Source: Candidatus Omnitrophota bacterium (GTDB taxonomy: Bacteria; Omnitrophota; Gorgyraeia; Gygaellales; JAHJCI01). Taken from it: a stretch of 61,177 bases of DNA. Shown one piece after another: positions 27,707-37,452 of the stretch. The first letter of the stretch is position 1. Every line of letters starts with the position of its first letter. The stretch is from NCBI GenBank assembly GCA_042570305.1, contig JBHPGP010000005.1, positions 1 through 61,177 on the forward strand, written 5' to 3'. A model generated the notes under the pieces. That model worked only from the letters and a program-made list of their open reading frames with translations, did no database searches and was not told the origin of the DNA. The position numbers were made by a program, and so were the translations under genes.

Positions 27707-28510
27707 ATGGATAAAGTAATGACAGAGAACGCAAAAGCGGCGATTATTTTTCTGGTTGTGCTATTGATATTCTCCCTGGCCGCAGCGGCAATCGGATTTT
27801 ATTTTTTCCGGCAGGAAAGATTGCAGGTTTTGCTTTTGGATAGGGAATTAGAAGTCCTAAGGCTGGAGCGCAGCGCAATCGAGGATAAAATAGGAGAGCT
27901 GAAAACCAAAAACAGCGATTTAGAGGTTCAGTTATGGACCCTGAACGCTCAGGTAGAAGAATTAAATAGTTCCCTGGAGCTGGCCAAAAGCGAAAAGGGC
28001 GAGCTAAATTTGCGAAACAAAGAACTACAGTCCCAATTTGACTCCGAGAAGGCCTTAAGAGAGAAATTGGAAGAAGAGAAGGCACAGGCGCAGGAACAGG
28101 TAGGCAGGCTGCAGAAGCTGCTGAAAATAAGCAAGGAGGAATTAGAAACGCAACTGAGTCAAATCAAATCCGGTCCGGAAGTAGCCTTGGGGACAATTGT
28201 GGTAGAGCAGGGACAGCTCCAGGCTGGCGGTTCGCAAGGAACGGCCTACACGGCATTGATTAGGCCGCCTGCTGCGGCTAATCTGCAAGGCGAGGTGCTG
28301 GTGGTAAATAAGGATTATGATTTTGTGGTGGTCAGTCTGGGCAATCAGCACAGGATAAATATGGGAGATAAATTATCGGTTTATCATAACCAAGCCTACA
28401 TCGGAGATATTAGGATTGAAAGGATTCAAGAGAAGATGAGCGCCGGATCATTCGTAACGGAAGACATCGAAGACTACATTGAAGAGGGAGATAAGGTAGT
28501 TAAAAAATAA
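27707..28510 (+). CDS. hypothetical membrane-anchored coiled-coil protein
   Basis: Has an N-terminal TM segment (AAIIFLVVLLIFSLAAAAIGFYFF). About 130 aa of heptad-like E/K/L/Q-rich sequence follows. The C-terminal ~70 aa module is beta-rich (GEVLVVNKDYDFVVVSLGNQHRINMGDKLSVYH...IGDIRIERIQEKMSAGSFV). I recognise no family. Start taken at ATG 27707. Confidence 0.6.
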   Translation: MDKVMTENAKAAIIFLVVLLIFSLAAAAIGFYFFRQERLQVLLLDRELEVLRLERSAIEDKIGELKTKNSDLEVQLWTLNAQVEELNSSLELAKSEKGELNLRNKELQSQFDSEKALREKLEEEKAQAQEQVGRLQKLLKISKEELETQLSQIKSGPEVALGTIVVEQGQLQAGGSQGTAYTALIRPPAAANLQGEVLVVNKDYDFVVVSLGNQHRINMGDKLSVYHNQAYIGDIRIERIQEKMSAGSFVTEDIEDYIEEGDKVVKK

Positions 28511-29844
28511 TGCCGTATCGGATCAGGCCTGCCAGGTTCATTCGCGGAAAGATAAACCTCCCCGGAGACAAATCCATTGCCCACCGCAGTATCATTATCA
28601 GCGCAATAGCCAATGGCAAAACGCGTATTTACAATTTTCCACGCAACCACGACTGTTTGGTTACTGTCAGGGCATTTAAGAAATTAGGGATAAGAATTCT
28701 CTGGGCGGATTGGCAAGGTAGTCTTTGCGTAGAGGGAAAGGGTTTGTATGCTTTACGCAAACCGGTTGAGTCTCTTTTTCTAGGAGAGTCAGGCACTACC
28801 GCCAGGCTCATAATGGGTATTTTAGGGGGACAGGGCTTTAATGCTTCTTTGATCGCGGGTAAAGGCTTAAGCCGCAGGCCAATGCGCAGGGTTACCGAGC
28901 CTTTAAGAATGATGGGTGTTAAAATCAAGGCGCGCCAGATACGAGGCAAGGGGCAGGCAGAAGAATATCTTCCGGCTACTGTTAGGGGAGGAGATTTACA
29001 TGCTATCAATTACCGTATGCAAGTGGCCTCGGCCCAGGTAAAATCAGCATTGCTCCTGGCTGCTCTGTATGCGCGGGGGACAACTAAAATCCTCGAATCC
29101 GTAAAAACCCGCGACCATACCGAGAGAATGCTTAAGAGCTTCTCTGCAGTGATCAAAATCAGGGGTAAGGCTATTTCCCTGCGCGGTGAGAAAGAACTGT
29201 TTTCTCCGGGGAAAATTTATATTCCGGGAGATATATCCTCAGCGGCTTTTTTTATCATCGCAGCCGTACTCCTTCCCGGTTCGCATCTTAAGGTTCAATC
29301 CGTAAGCTTAAACCCCGGCCGGCTGGGGTTAATTCGGATTTTAAAGCGCATGGGGGCGAATATCCGTATTCTGCCGGGCGGATTTTCTGCCGGAGAACCG
29401 ATAGGAGATATAACCACCAAAAGCAGCCAATTAACCGGCATAGAGGTCAGGGCAAGCCAGGTTCCCCAGTTGATTGATGAATTGCCCCTTTTGATGCTGG
29501 CTGCCTGTTTTGCCAAAGGCAAAACAGTGATTTATGGAGTGGAGGAGTTAAGGGTTAAGGAGACTGATAGGTTGATTTCCATGCAATCTAATTTATGCAG
29601 GATGGGAGCGGATATTAAGGTTGCAGGCTATCTTTCTACCCGGGGCGTGCTTAAGGAAAAAATAATCGTTCGAGGTACAGGCAGATTAAAGGGTTCAAAG
29701 GTGAAAAGCTTCTCAGACCATCGCACGGCAATGAGCATGGTCATTGCAGGCCTGGTTTCTCGCGGCACGACAATGGTTGACGATACGGAGTGCGTTGCCA
29801 AATCCTTCCCGGGGTTTCTGAATGTCTTAGGCGGCTTGATATAG
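28510..29844 (+). CDS. aroA: 3-phosphoshikimate 1-carboxyvinyltransferase (EPSP synthase)
   Basis: Contains 'LPGDKSIAHRSIIISAIANG', 'GESGTTARL' and 'DHRTAMS'. Confidence 0.93.
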   Translation: MPYRIRPARFIRGKINLPGDKSIAHRSIIISAIANGKTRIYNFPRNHDCLVTVRAFKKLGIRILWADWQGSLCVEGKGLYALRKPVESLFLGESGTTARLIMGILGGQGFNASLIAGKGLSRRPMRRVTEPLRMMGVKIKARQIRGKGQAEEYLPATVRGGDLHAINYRMQVASAQVKSALLLAALYARGTTKILESVKTRDHTERMLKSFSAVIKIRGKAISLRGEKELFSPGKIYIPGDISSAAFFIIAAVLLPGSHLKVQSVSLNPGRLGLIRILKRMGANIRILPGGFSAGEPIGDITTKSSQLTGIEVRASQVPQLIDELPLLMLAACFAKGKTVIYGVEELRVKETDRLISMQSNLCRMGADIKVAGYLSTRGVLKEKIIVRGTGRLKGSKVKSFSDHRTAMSMVIAGLVSRGTTMVDDTECVAKSFPGFLNVLGGLI

Positions 29845-29909
29845 GCAAATTCACACTTTTAGCAGAAAATAAAGAGTAAGGCTTTAAAGGAGTTGCGGTA
29901 AAATTTTAT

Positions 29910-29938
29910 TTGACCTTACCCATTTTATATATTAAAAT
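29910..29938 (+). promoter_or_regulatory. candidate sigma-70 promoter of the mre operon
   Basis: TTGACC (29910-29915), a 17-nt spacer, then TAAAAT (29933-29938). About 50 nt upstream of the mreB ATG. Confidence 0.45.
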
Positions 29939-29987
29939 AAAACAGATTAATTAAGTACAGGGTTTGTACTAAAACGGGGAAGTTGAT

Positions 29988-31076
29988 ATGAAATTAGATA
30001 AATTATTCAGAATTAAAGGCAGGTTAAAAAAGGCACTTGATTATCTGGCAGGCCTGTTTTCCAATGATATGGGCATAGACCTTGGTACTGCCACTACGCT
30101 TGTTTATGTAAAGGGCGAGGGCGTAGTTCTCTGTGAGCCTTCAGTAGTGGCAATCGAGAAGACAACCTCTCAGGTTTTGGCAGTCGGGGATGAGGCAAAG
30201 CGCATGCTTGGCCGCACGCCGGGTAATATTGTGGCAATCAGGCCGATGAAAGACGGCGTAATCGCGGATTTTGAGATTACCGAGGCAATGCTCAGGTATT
30301 TTATAAAGCGCGTGCATCATCGCAGGGTGCTGGTGAGGCCCAGAATCGTTATCGCTATCCCCTCCGGGATTACCGAAGTAGAAAAACGGGCGGTGAGGGA
30401 TTCTGCTGAGCGCGCGGGAGCAAGGGAGGTATTTTTAATTGAGGAGCCGGTTGCCGCTGCTATCGGCGTGGGCCTGCCAATACAGGAACCAATCGGGAAT
30501 ATGATTATTGATATCGGTGGCGGAACAACCGAGATTGCCGTAATCTCTTTGGCCGGTATTGTCTTTTCCAGGTCTATCCGTATCGGAGGGGACGAAATGG
30601 ATGAGACGATAATAGAGTATTTGAAAAAAACTTATAATTTGATGGTCGGCGTACGTACGGCAGAAGACATTAAGATCAGAATAGGTTCTGCCTTTCCCTT
30701 AGAGGAGGAACTGAGCTTAGAAATTAAGGGCAGGGATTTGGTTATTGGGTTGCCCAAGGCTATAACCATCACTTCCCAGGAGACAAGGGATGCCCTAAAA
30801 GAGCCGCTGGATGCAATCATCGAAACAGTCAAGGTTTCTCTGGAGAGGACCCCTCCGGAATTAGCCGCGGACCTGATTGAGCACGGCATAATTATGGCCG
30901 GCGGAGGCTCTCAGTTAAAAGGCCTGGATAAATTAATCGCGGAAGCAACCGGGCTTCCGGTACACGTTACCGATGAGCCCTTGACTGCGGTTGCCCAGGG
31001 CACGGGCAAGGTTTTAAGCGAAATCCGCTATCTTAAAAGGGTTACCGTTCCCATAAAGTCAGAAATGCATTCCTAA
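29988..31076 (+). CDS. mreB: rod shape-determining protein MreB
   Basis: Contains '[13 protein letters not shown]', '[13 protein letters not shown]' and '[13 protein letters not shown]'. All actin-fold nucleotide loops are intact. Confidence 0.96.
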   Translation: MKLDKLFRIKGRLKKALDYLAGLFSNDMGIDLGTATTLVYVKGEGVVLCEPSVVAIEKTTSQVLAVGDEAKRMLGRTPGNIVAIRPMKDGVIADFEITEAMLRYFIKRVHHRRVLVRPRIVIAIPSGITEVEKRAVRDSAERAGAREVFLIEEPVAAAIGVGLPIQEPIGNMIIDIGGGTTEIAVISLAGIVFSRSIRIGGDEMDETIIEYLKKTYNLMVGVRTAEDIKIRIGSAFPLEEELSLEIKGRDLVIGLPKAITITSQETRDALKEPLDAIIETVKVSLERTPPELAADLIEHGIIMAGGGSQLKGLDKLIAEATGLPVHVTDEPLTAVAQGTGKVLSEIRYLKRVTVPIKSEMHS

Positions 31077-31087
31077 ACCCTTAAGAT

Positions 31088-31861
31088 GTGTTTTTTAGAA
31101 AGAAAAGGTTAATTACCCGCCATTTGATTGCCGCTTCGATAATCTTTGCGGCAATCTTTATTTCCTTATTCAAGAATTATCTGATTGATAGTTTGCGCTG
31201 GCCACTTGAGTTTTTCTCTTTGTTCAGCAGGGAGGCCAGAGGGGTTATATTCTACCATCAGAATTTAATTCAGAATCAAAGCCTGAAGGATGAAATCGGA
31301 CTGGCCAAGCGCCAGCTTTTTGAAGCGGAGGAGTTATATTTGGAGAACTTCCGCTTAAGAGAGCTTCTTGATTTCAAGGAGAGGTCCACTTACCCCCTGA
31401 CGGCAGCCAAGGTAATCGGTTTTGACCCTTCGAACCTGTCTTTGATAATTGTCATCAACAAGGGCAGGCAGCAGGGTATAGGTAAGGATTTTGCGGTGAT
31501 TACCAACGACGGGCTGGTGGGCAGGGTAATCGAAACAGGAGAACAAACCTCCAAGGTATTGCTGATTAACGATATCAGTTCAGGGGTGGCTGCGCTCACG
31601 CAGCGCAGCAGGCAGAGCTGTTTGGCTTCGGGCACATTAGGCAGGGGTATAATTCTGCGTTATTTGCCTGCGAATGCCGACATTCAGGTTGCCGATGCGG
31701 TAATTACCTCCGGATTATCGGGTTTATACCCAAAGGGAATACTTGTCGGAGAGGTACAGGAGATTCATCAGGAAAGGGCTTCCGGAGAAATTATGGCAGT
31801 GCTTAAGCCTAGTGCTGAGCTCACCAGGCTGGAAGAGGTTTTAGTTGTGCTTTCAGAATGA
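31088..31861 (+). CDS. mreC: rod shape-determining protein MreC
   Basis: GTG start, an N-terminal TM segment and a coiled region, then 'DGLVGRVIETGEQTSKVLLINDISSGVAA' and 'VITSGLSGLYPKGILVGEV'. Confidence 0.9.
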   Translation: MFFRKKRLITRHLIAASIIFAAIFISLFKNYLIDSLRWPLEFFSLFSREARGVIFYHQNLIQNQSLKDEIGLAKRQLFEAEELYLENFRLRELLDFKERSTYPLTAAKVIGFDPSNLSLIIVINKGRQQGIGKDFAVITNDGLVGRVIETGEQTSKVLLINDISSGVAALTQRSRQSCLASGTLGRGIILRYLPANADIQVADAVITSGLSGLYPKGILVGEVQEIHQERASGEIMAVLKPSAELTRLEEVLVVLSE

Positions 31862-32382
31862 TAAAGCTAAGAAGTATTATTACCAAAGAATACTATATCG
31901 GTCATCGCAGGCAAATCTACGCACTCTCGATATTGTTAGTTGCCGCTTTACTGCAATCCACCCTGTTTAATTATTTCCGCATACTTAATGTCAAGCCGGA
32001 TGTTATTTTAGCAGCCCTGATTATGCTGATTCCCTTTTTTAGCTCTGGCTGGTCTTTTGCATTAGCCTTTATTTCAGGAGTCTTCCGCGATATCTTCAGC
32101 CTCCTGCCTTTCGGGTTCAACGTCTTTTTGTGCATACTCTGGGTAATTCTGGCCAGGCAGGTATTTCGCCGCCTGTCATTTGAAAATAAGCTCATTCGCA
32201 ATTGCCTGCTCTGTCTGGTTGTTGTCTTAAATAATCTTATTTTGCAATCCCTTTTCTTTATTTTGGACAAGCCTTTAAGCTTAGGCATTTTCCTCAGGAT
32301 ACTTGTTCTGGAATCCATATTTACGCTTGTTTTGGCCATGCCTATCTACAGACTGCTTGCAAATATATTTATGCCTAGATGA
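31858..32382 (+). CDS. mreD: rod shape-determining protein MreD
   Basis: 174-aa polytopic membrane protein. Start and stop overlap mreC and mrdA. The call is positional. Confidence 0.75.
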   Translation: MIKLRSIITKEYYIGHRRQIYALSILLVAALLQSTLFNYFRILNVKPDVILAALIMLIPFFSSGWSFALAFISGVFRDIFSLLPFGFNVFLCILWVILARQVFRRLSFENKLIRNCLLCLVVVLNNLILQSLFFILDKPLSLGIFLRILVLESIFTLVLAMPIYRLLANIFMPR

Positions 32383-34103
32383 TGAAGAGTTTGCGTATTT
32401 TCCACAGTCTTGTTATAGCCGGTTTTCTTTTTTTGCTGTCGGCGCTTATTTACCATCAGATAGTCAGGTTTGAAGAATACAGTCAGTTGAGCCAGGTAAA
32501 CCGCATCCGTATCCTGCCTCAGTCCGCTAGCCGCGGACGCATCCTGGACCGTAACGGCAATATCCTGGCGGGAAGCACCCTTTCCTACGATCTGGTGGTT
32601 ATGCCTTCAGAGAAGCTTATTGCGCAAGAGCAGATTTCCAAGCTTTCCTCAATACTTTCACTCTCCGAGAAGCAGTTAAAGTCAAAATATTCTTCTGGCT
32701 ATACAACCCCCTTTACCCCTGTACTCCTGGAAAGCGATATTCCGCTCACCCAGGCAGTGGCAGTCGGGCAATTAAAGTATGATTTACCGCAAGTAAGTAT
32801 ACAGCCGAATTCCAAACGGGTATATCCTCTCGGCAATGTCGTCAGCCACATTCTGGGTTATTTGGGAAAAATCGATGTTTGGCGCTGGGAGCAACTTAAG
32901 CAATACGGATACAGTATGCAGGATTTAATCGGCTACAGCGGAGTAGAAGAGGTTTATGATTATGTGCTTCGTCCGCGCGAGGGGGGTATGCAGGTTGAGG
33001 TGGACAGCAAGGGGAGGTTATCGCGAATTCTCGGTTTTAAATCCCCGCAGGAGGGAGGGGATATCGAATTAACAATCGACTTAAGACTTCAGGAGATAAT
33101 TTACGATAGTCTCCTGGGGCATACCGGCTGCGCCATTGTTCTGGACCCTGTTAACGGAGAGGTTCTCGCTCTCGGCAGCATGCCTGATTTTAATCCCGGG
33201 GTATTTCAGGGAAACCAGCCTTACCTGATTAATGCCTTGCTTAACGATGCCGATGCCCCTTTGTTTAACCGGGCCATCAACGGCCTCTACCCTCCCGGCT
33301 CTATATTTAAAATTATAGTTGCTGCCGCGGGCCTGGAAAGGGGCAAGATTGACTTAAGCAGTAAATTTTTCTGCTCCGGGAAAAAGCAAATCGGCCAACG
33401 CCAGTTTCACTGCTGGAAAACGCACCAGGAGGAAGATATAGTCGATGCGCTTGCTGATTCCTGCAATGTATTCTTCTATAATCTCGGCTTGCGTCTTGGT
33501 CCGCAATTAATCAATGAGTACGCGTTAAAATTCGGGTTTGGCCAGAGAACAGGCATAGACCTAAACGCAGAGGCAAAAGGTTTCCTGCCTTATTCTTTAT
33601 GGCAGCGGATAAAAAGGCCTCAACGCTGGTTTGCCGGGGATACGGCGAATTTTTCCATTGGCCAAGGTCAAACGCTGGTTACGCCTATGCAGGTTGCCCG
33701 GATGATGGCAGCCATTGCAAATGGCGGTACACTGGTCAGGCCAAGGCTGCTGAAATCAGAAACGCAGGCAGGCCAAACCCTCACCTCAGCGTCTTTGCAG
33801 GCTGTTAATTTGCCTCTGAGCAGCAAAAACCTGGAAATAATCAGACAGGGATTAGCAGGCGCGGTCAATAAAACAGGAGGCACCGCACATAGCCTATCCG
33901 GAATCGGCGTTTCCGTTGCCGGCAAGACAGGGACTGCCCAGGTTGCCGAGGCTACTTCCCACGCATGGTTTGCGGGTTATTTTCCCGTTGATAAACCGCG
34001 TTTTGTGCTTTGTGTTTTTCTGGAGCACGGAGGTGCCGGATACTATTCCTGCCAGGTAGCCAAAGGAATAATTGAGCGCATGCTTGCAGAGAAAATACTA
34101 TGA
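32379..34103 (+). CDS. mrdA: peptidoglycan D,D-transpeptidase MrdA (PBP2)
   Basis: Class B PBP with 'GSIFK' (SxxK), 'SCN' and 'KTGTA'. Lies between mreD and rodA. Confidence 0.92.
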   Translation: MMKSLRIFHSLVIAGFLFLLSALIYHQIVRFEEYSQLSQVNRIRILPQSASRGRILDRNGNILAGSTLSYDLVVMPSEKLIAQEQISKLSSILSLSEKQLKSKYSSGYTTPFTPVLLESDIPLTQAVAVGQLKYDLPQVSIQPNSKRVYPLGNVVSHILGYLGKIDVWRWEQLKQYGYSMQDLIGYSGVEEVYDYVLRPREGGMQVEVDSKGRLSRILGFKSPQEGGDIELTIDLRLQEIIYDSLLGHTGCAIVLDPVNGEVLALGSMPDFNPGVFQGNQPYLINALLNDADAPLFNRAINGLYPPGSIFKIIVAAAGLERGKIDLSSKFFCSGKKQIGQRQFHCWKTHQEEDIVDALADSCNVFFYNLGLRLGPQLINEYALKFGFGQRTGIDLNAEAKGFLPYSLWQRIKRPQRWFAGDTANFSIGQGQTLVTPMQVARMMAAIANGGTLVRPRLLKSETQAGQTLTSASLQAVNLPLSSKNLEIIRQGLAGAVNKTGGTAHSLSGIGVSVAGKTGTAQVAEATSHAWFAGYFPVDKPRFVLCVFLEHGGAGYYSCQVAKGIIERMLAEKIL

Positions 34104-35197
34104 CCAGAATCGCCTATAAGCCACTCTTGCTGTCTCTGTTGATTACAGGCATAGGGATCATTACCATTTACAGCAGCACGTTGAACAGCTCTTATCTCTC
34201 GGACAACCCGCTATACTTGCGCCAGTTTAGCTGGAGCCTGCTGGGGCTGATCTGCCTTCTGGGGATATCCAGGATTTCCTATCGCCGGCTGTGGGATGGG
34301 GCATACCTGTTTTACATAATCGGAGTAGTATTGTTATTAATAGTGGCTTTCGCCGGGCTTATCCGCCTGGGAGCGCAGAGGTGGCTGAAGATCTTCTGGT
34401 TTAGTTTTCAGCCATCGGAACTAATGAAATTGGTCATGGTTATATTCCTGGCGCGCTATTTCAGCAAACAGGGCTCAAGCTTAAGAAAGGATGCCAGGGA
34501 TTGGGGGTTTACCAGGGCGGTACTGATTCCCTTTGGATTTATTGCCCTTCCATTTTTCTTAATCCTTAAGCAGCCTGATTTGGGCACTGCAATTTTCATC
34601 TTCTTGATATTTATTGTAATGCTTTTCATTGCCCAGGTAAATTTAAAATTTATACTTTTTATTTTAACAGGCCTGATTCTGGCCTTGCCCTTAACCTGGC
34701 AGTTTTTAAAGGATTATCAAAAAACCAGGCTGCTGGTTTTCCTGAATCCCAACGCAGACCCCCTCGGGGCAGGGTACACAATCATCCAGTCTAAGATTGC
34801 CATATCCTCCGGAGGACTGTTTGGCAAGGGCTGGTTGGCTGGCAGTCAAAGCCAATTGCGCTTTTTACCCGAGTCGCATACGGACTTTATCTTTGCCACC
34901 TTTGCCGAGGAATGGGGATTTGCGGGAAGCCTGGTTTTGTTATTGCTTTATTATTTTCTAATCAGGTATGCGTTGAAGATTGCGCAGAAGGCCCCTGATT
35001 CCTTCGGCCGTTTCCTGGCCGGGGGGATAGCCATGATTTTAAGTATCCAGATTATGATTAATATTGCCATGACCATAGGCCTGGCTCCCGTGGTTGGTAT
35101 ACCGCTGCCTTTGTTAAGCTACGGAGGCTCCTGTACCCTGATGACCTTTCTTTCCCTGGGAATATTGATTAATATCGAGAAAAGGACTGTTTTTTAA
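34100..35197 (+). CDS. rodA: SEDS peptidoglycan glycosyltransferase RodA
   Basis: SEDS motifs 'QPDLGTAIFIF', 'HTDFIFATFAEEWGF' and 'PLLSYGGS'. Follows mrdA with an ATGA overlap. Confidence 0.92.
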   Translation: MTRIAYKPLLLSLLITGIGIITIYSSTLNSSYLSDNPLYLRQFSWSLLGLICLLGISRISYRRLWDGAYLFYIIGVVLLLIVAFAGLIRLGAQRWLKIFWFSFQPSELMKLVMVIFLARYFSKQGSSLRKDARDWGFTRAVLIPFGFIALPFFLILKQPDLGTAIFIFLIFIVMLFIAQVNLKFILFILTGLILALPLTWQFLKDYQKTRLLVFLNPNADPLGAGYTIIQSKIAISSGGLFGKGWLAGSQSQLRFLPESHTDFIFATFAEEWGFAGSLVLLLLYYFLIRYALKIAQKAPDSFGRFLAGGIAMILSIQIMINIAMTIGLAPVVGIPLPLLSYGGSCTLMTFLSLGILINIEKRTVF

Positions 35198-35241
35198 ATC
35201 AATCAGGATATTTTGCCACTTTTGTCACAAAGGATGGAGGG

Positions 35242-35826
35242 ATGATGAAAAAAATAGTTATCGTAATCGCTGCAATAGCAGTAGTTTTTATAAATCCTCA
35301 TATTTCCCGCGCAGAAGGCAAGCCTCGAAATCTTTCGGGCTTGGAATTCTTCTTGGGTTATACCCGCGGGGAGTTAGATCAAAGAGAGGATTACCGGTTT
35401 ATCAGCGCCGCCGTTGCCCTGGATTTTGATTTTAAAGCAATAACCAAAAAAATCGGTTTTAACCCTTCCAGCCTGGTGCGTTTCCAGATTGAGCCTTTCC
35501 TGGGGCTGGTTACGCAGCCGGAAAACAATATGGAAGCAGGAACCTCTTTCTTATTTAAGTTCGGGCTGGCTCCGGAAACCTGGAAATTCCAGCCTTACCT
35601 AAAAGTCGGGACAGGGATGGTTTATATGACTCAGCACACCCGCGAGCAATCCACGCAATTTAATTTTATCAGCAGCCTTGGAGCGGGCTTGCACTATTTT
35701 TTTGAAGAAAAATCCGCTTTTACCTTGGAATACCGTTTTCGCCATACCTCTAATGCAGGCATCAAAGATCCCAACAAAGGGATAGATACCTATACCTGTT
35801 TATTTGGCATAACCCGCATTTTTTAA
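35242..35826 (+). CDS. PagL-like lipid A deacylase / acyloxyacyl hydrolase (outer-membrane beta-barrel)
   Basis: Signal peptide (MMKKIVIVIAAIAVVFINPHISRA). The C-terminal 'EYRFRHTSNAGIKDPNKGID...ITRIF' matches the H-x-S-N catalytic signature and aromatic C-terminus I recall for the PagL family. Confidence 0.75.
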   Translation: MMKKIVIVIAAIAVVFINPHISRAEGKPRNLSGLEFFLGYTRGELDQREDYRFISAAVALDFDFKAITKKIGFNPSSLVRFQIEPFLGLVTQPENNMEAGTSFLFKFGLAPETWKFQPYLKVGTGMVYMTQHTREQSTQFNFISSLGAGLHYFFEEKSAFTLEYRFRHTSNAGIKDPNKGIDTYTCLFGITRIF

Positions 35827-35882
35827 ATAAGTTAACTCCCAGCATAAATAAAAGAAAAACATTTTAGGTCAAAGAATTTCTC

Positions 35883-35910
35883 TTGACAAAAACCTGGTTT
35901 AATGTAAAAT
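35883..35910 (+). promoter_or_regulatory. candidate sigma-70 promoter of the ligase-pump operon, overlapped by a 9-bp-arm palindrome
   Basis: TTGACA (35883-35888), a 16-nt spacer, then TAAAAT (35905-35910). The palindrome GTAAAATTT-N8-AAATTTTAC (35904-35929) covers the -10 box and the expected transcription start. Confidence 0.45.
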
Positions 35911-35961
35911 TTTTATAGTAAAATTTTACTATAATCAAAAGAGTTTTAACCTTGCTATGCG

Positions 35962-37452
35962 ATGGAAGTTGCAAGACTGCTAAATAACGCCGCAAAAAAA
36001 AATCCTCATAAGAACGCAATAATCTTTGAGGGCAAATCAATAAGCTTTTCTCAATTAAGGGATTTAGTCTTCTGCTTAGCCAACGGGCTGGAGGCATTGG
36101 GTTTAGAAAAGGACGTTAAGGTAGCTGTTTATCTGCCCAATATTCCAGAATATATTTATAGCTACTTTGCGGTGTACTCGATAGGTGCAGTGATTGTTCC
36201 TTTGGATTTTTCCTTTACTCAGGCTGAGTTGGAAAGCCTGATCAGGCATTCTGATGCCGAGATTTTAATCGCCCAAGAGAAAAAGGACATCGACTTAAAG
36301 GCATTAAAGGAAAATTTAGGATTGAAGCAGATTGTTTTATTGGGTGACCACCAGGATTTTATAAATTTCTCTGATCTGATCAAGAAAAATCCCTGCCGTG
36401 AGCCAGAAGCGGAAATTTCTGATGCTGATCACTCTACTATTTTTTATACCTCTGGTTCAACCGGGCATCCCAAAGGGGTCCTCTGGAATTACCGGCATTT
36501 AGATAGCCCGGCAAAGGCCGTAGAGTATTTTCTGCATTTATCCGGTGAAGACACCATGCTCTGTCCGATCCCTTTTTCTCATGCCGCAGGCCTGGTCTTT
36601 GCCCTCTTTATGCTTTATTTCCGATTTACCCTGGTTGTGCAAAAACGATTTTCACCCTTAGAATCACTCAAGGATATAGAAAGACACGGGATTGTCTTTA
36701 TCTGCCTAGTGCCGTCAATGTATATCGCCATGCTGAGTATAAAGGAATTTAAAAAATTTCATTTAAAAAGCTTAAAATACGCAGTGGTTTTCGGGGCGCC
36801 CTCTTCGCCAATGTTGCTACGGAGGTTTCATCAAGCCTGTCCAGAAGCGCATCTGTTAAATGGCTGGGGCATGACTGAAACCTCTCCCCCTAACGCGGTT
36901 ACGCCTTTGGGCTCTCAGAAGATAGAGAGTATCGGTAAGCCCATCCCCTGGTTAGAAGTGAGAATCTGCGAAGAGGGCGGTCGCAGCATGCCTGCCGGAG
37001 AAATAGGCGAATTGGCTGTACGCGGCTGGCCGGTTATGCTGGGTTATTATAAGGAGCCGGAGTTGACCAAGAGGGTTATCCGCGATGGCTGGTTTTACAC
37101 CGGAGATTCTGCGCGCATAGATTCAGAAGGCTTTATATACATTGTCGGCCGCAAGAATGAAATGATTAAGGTTGCCGGGGAAAGGGTGCATGCGCCAGAG
37201 ATAGAAGACGTGATTCACCGCCGTCCAGAAGTAAGCGAGGTTGCCGTGATAGGAGTGGCTGACAAATTAAGGGGCGAGGTGCCCAAGGCCTTTCTCGTGC
37301 TCAAGAAGGGCAAAAAAATAACCGAAAACGAACTGCGCTATTTTTGCCGGGAACATTTAGCGCATTTCAAGATACCCCATTATTTTGAATTCAGGGATTC
37401 TCTTCCCAAGACCCGCTCAGGAAAGATTGACAAGGCCAGTCTCGCACAATGA
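35962..37452 (+). CDS. acyl-CoA synthetase / fatty acyl-AMP ligase (ANL superfamily)
   Basis: Contains 'IFYTSGSTGHPKGV', 'GWGMTE', 'GWFYTGDSARID' and 'GRKNEMIKVAGERV', with C-terminal 'PKTRSGKIDK'. Confidence 0.9.
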   Translation: MEVARLLNNAAKKNPHKNAIIFEGKSISFSQLRDLVFCLANGLEALGLEKDVKVAVYLPNIPEYIYSYFAVYSIGAVIVPLDFSFTQAELESLIRHSDAEILIAQEKKDIDLKALKENLGLKQIVLLGDHQDFINFSDLIKKNPCREPEAEISDADHSTIFYTSGSTGHPKGVLWNYRHLDSPAKAVEYFLHLSGEDTMLCPIPFSHAAGLVFALFMLYFRFTLVVQKRFSPLESLKDIERHGIVFICLVPSMYIAMLSIKEFKKFHLKSLKYAVVFGAPSSPMLLRRFHQACPEAHLLNGWGMTETSPPNAVTPLGSQKIESIGKPIPWLEVRICEEGGRSMPAGEIGELAVRGWPVMLGYYKEPELTKRVIRDGWFYTGDSARIDSEGFIYIVGRKNEMIKVAGERVHAPEIEDVIHRRPEVSEVAVIGVADKLRGEVPKAFLVLKKGKKITENELRYFCREHLAHFKIPHYFEFRDSLPKTRSGKIDKASLAQ

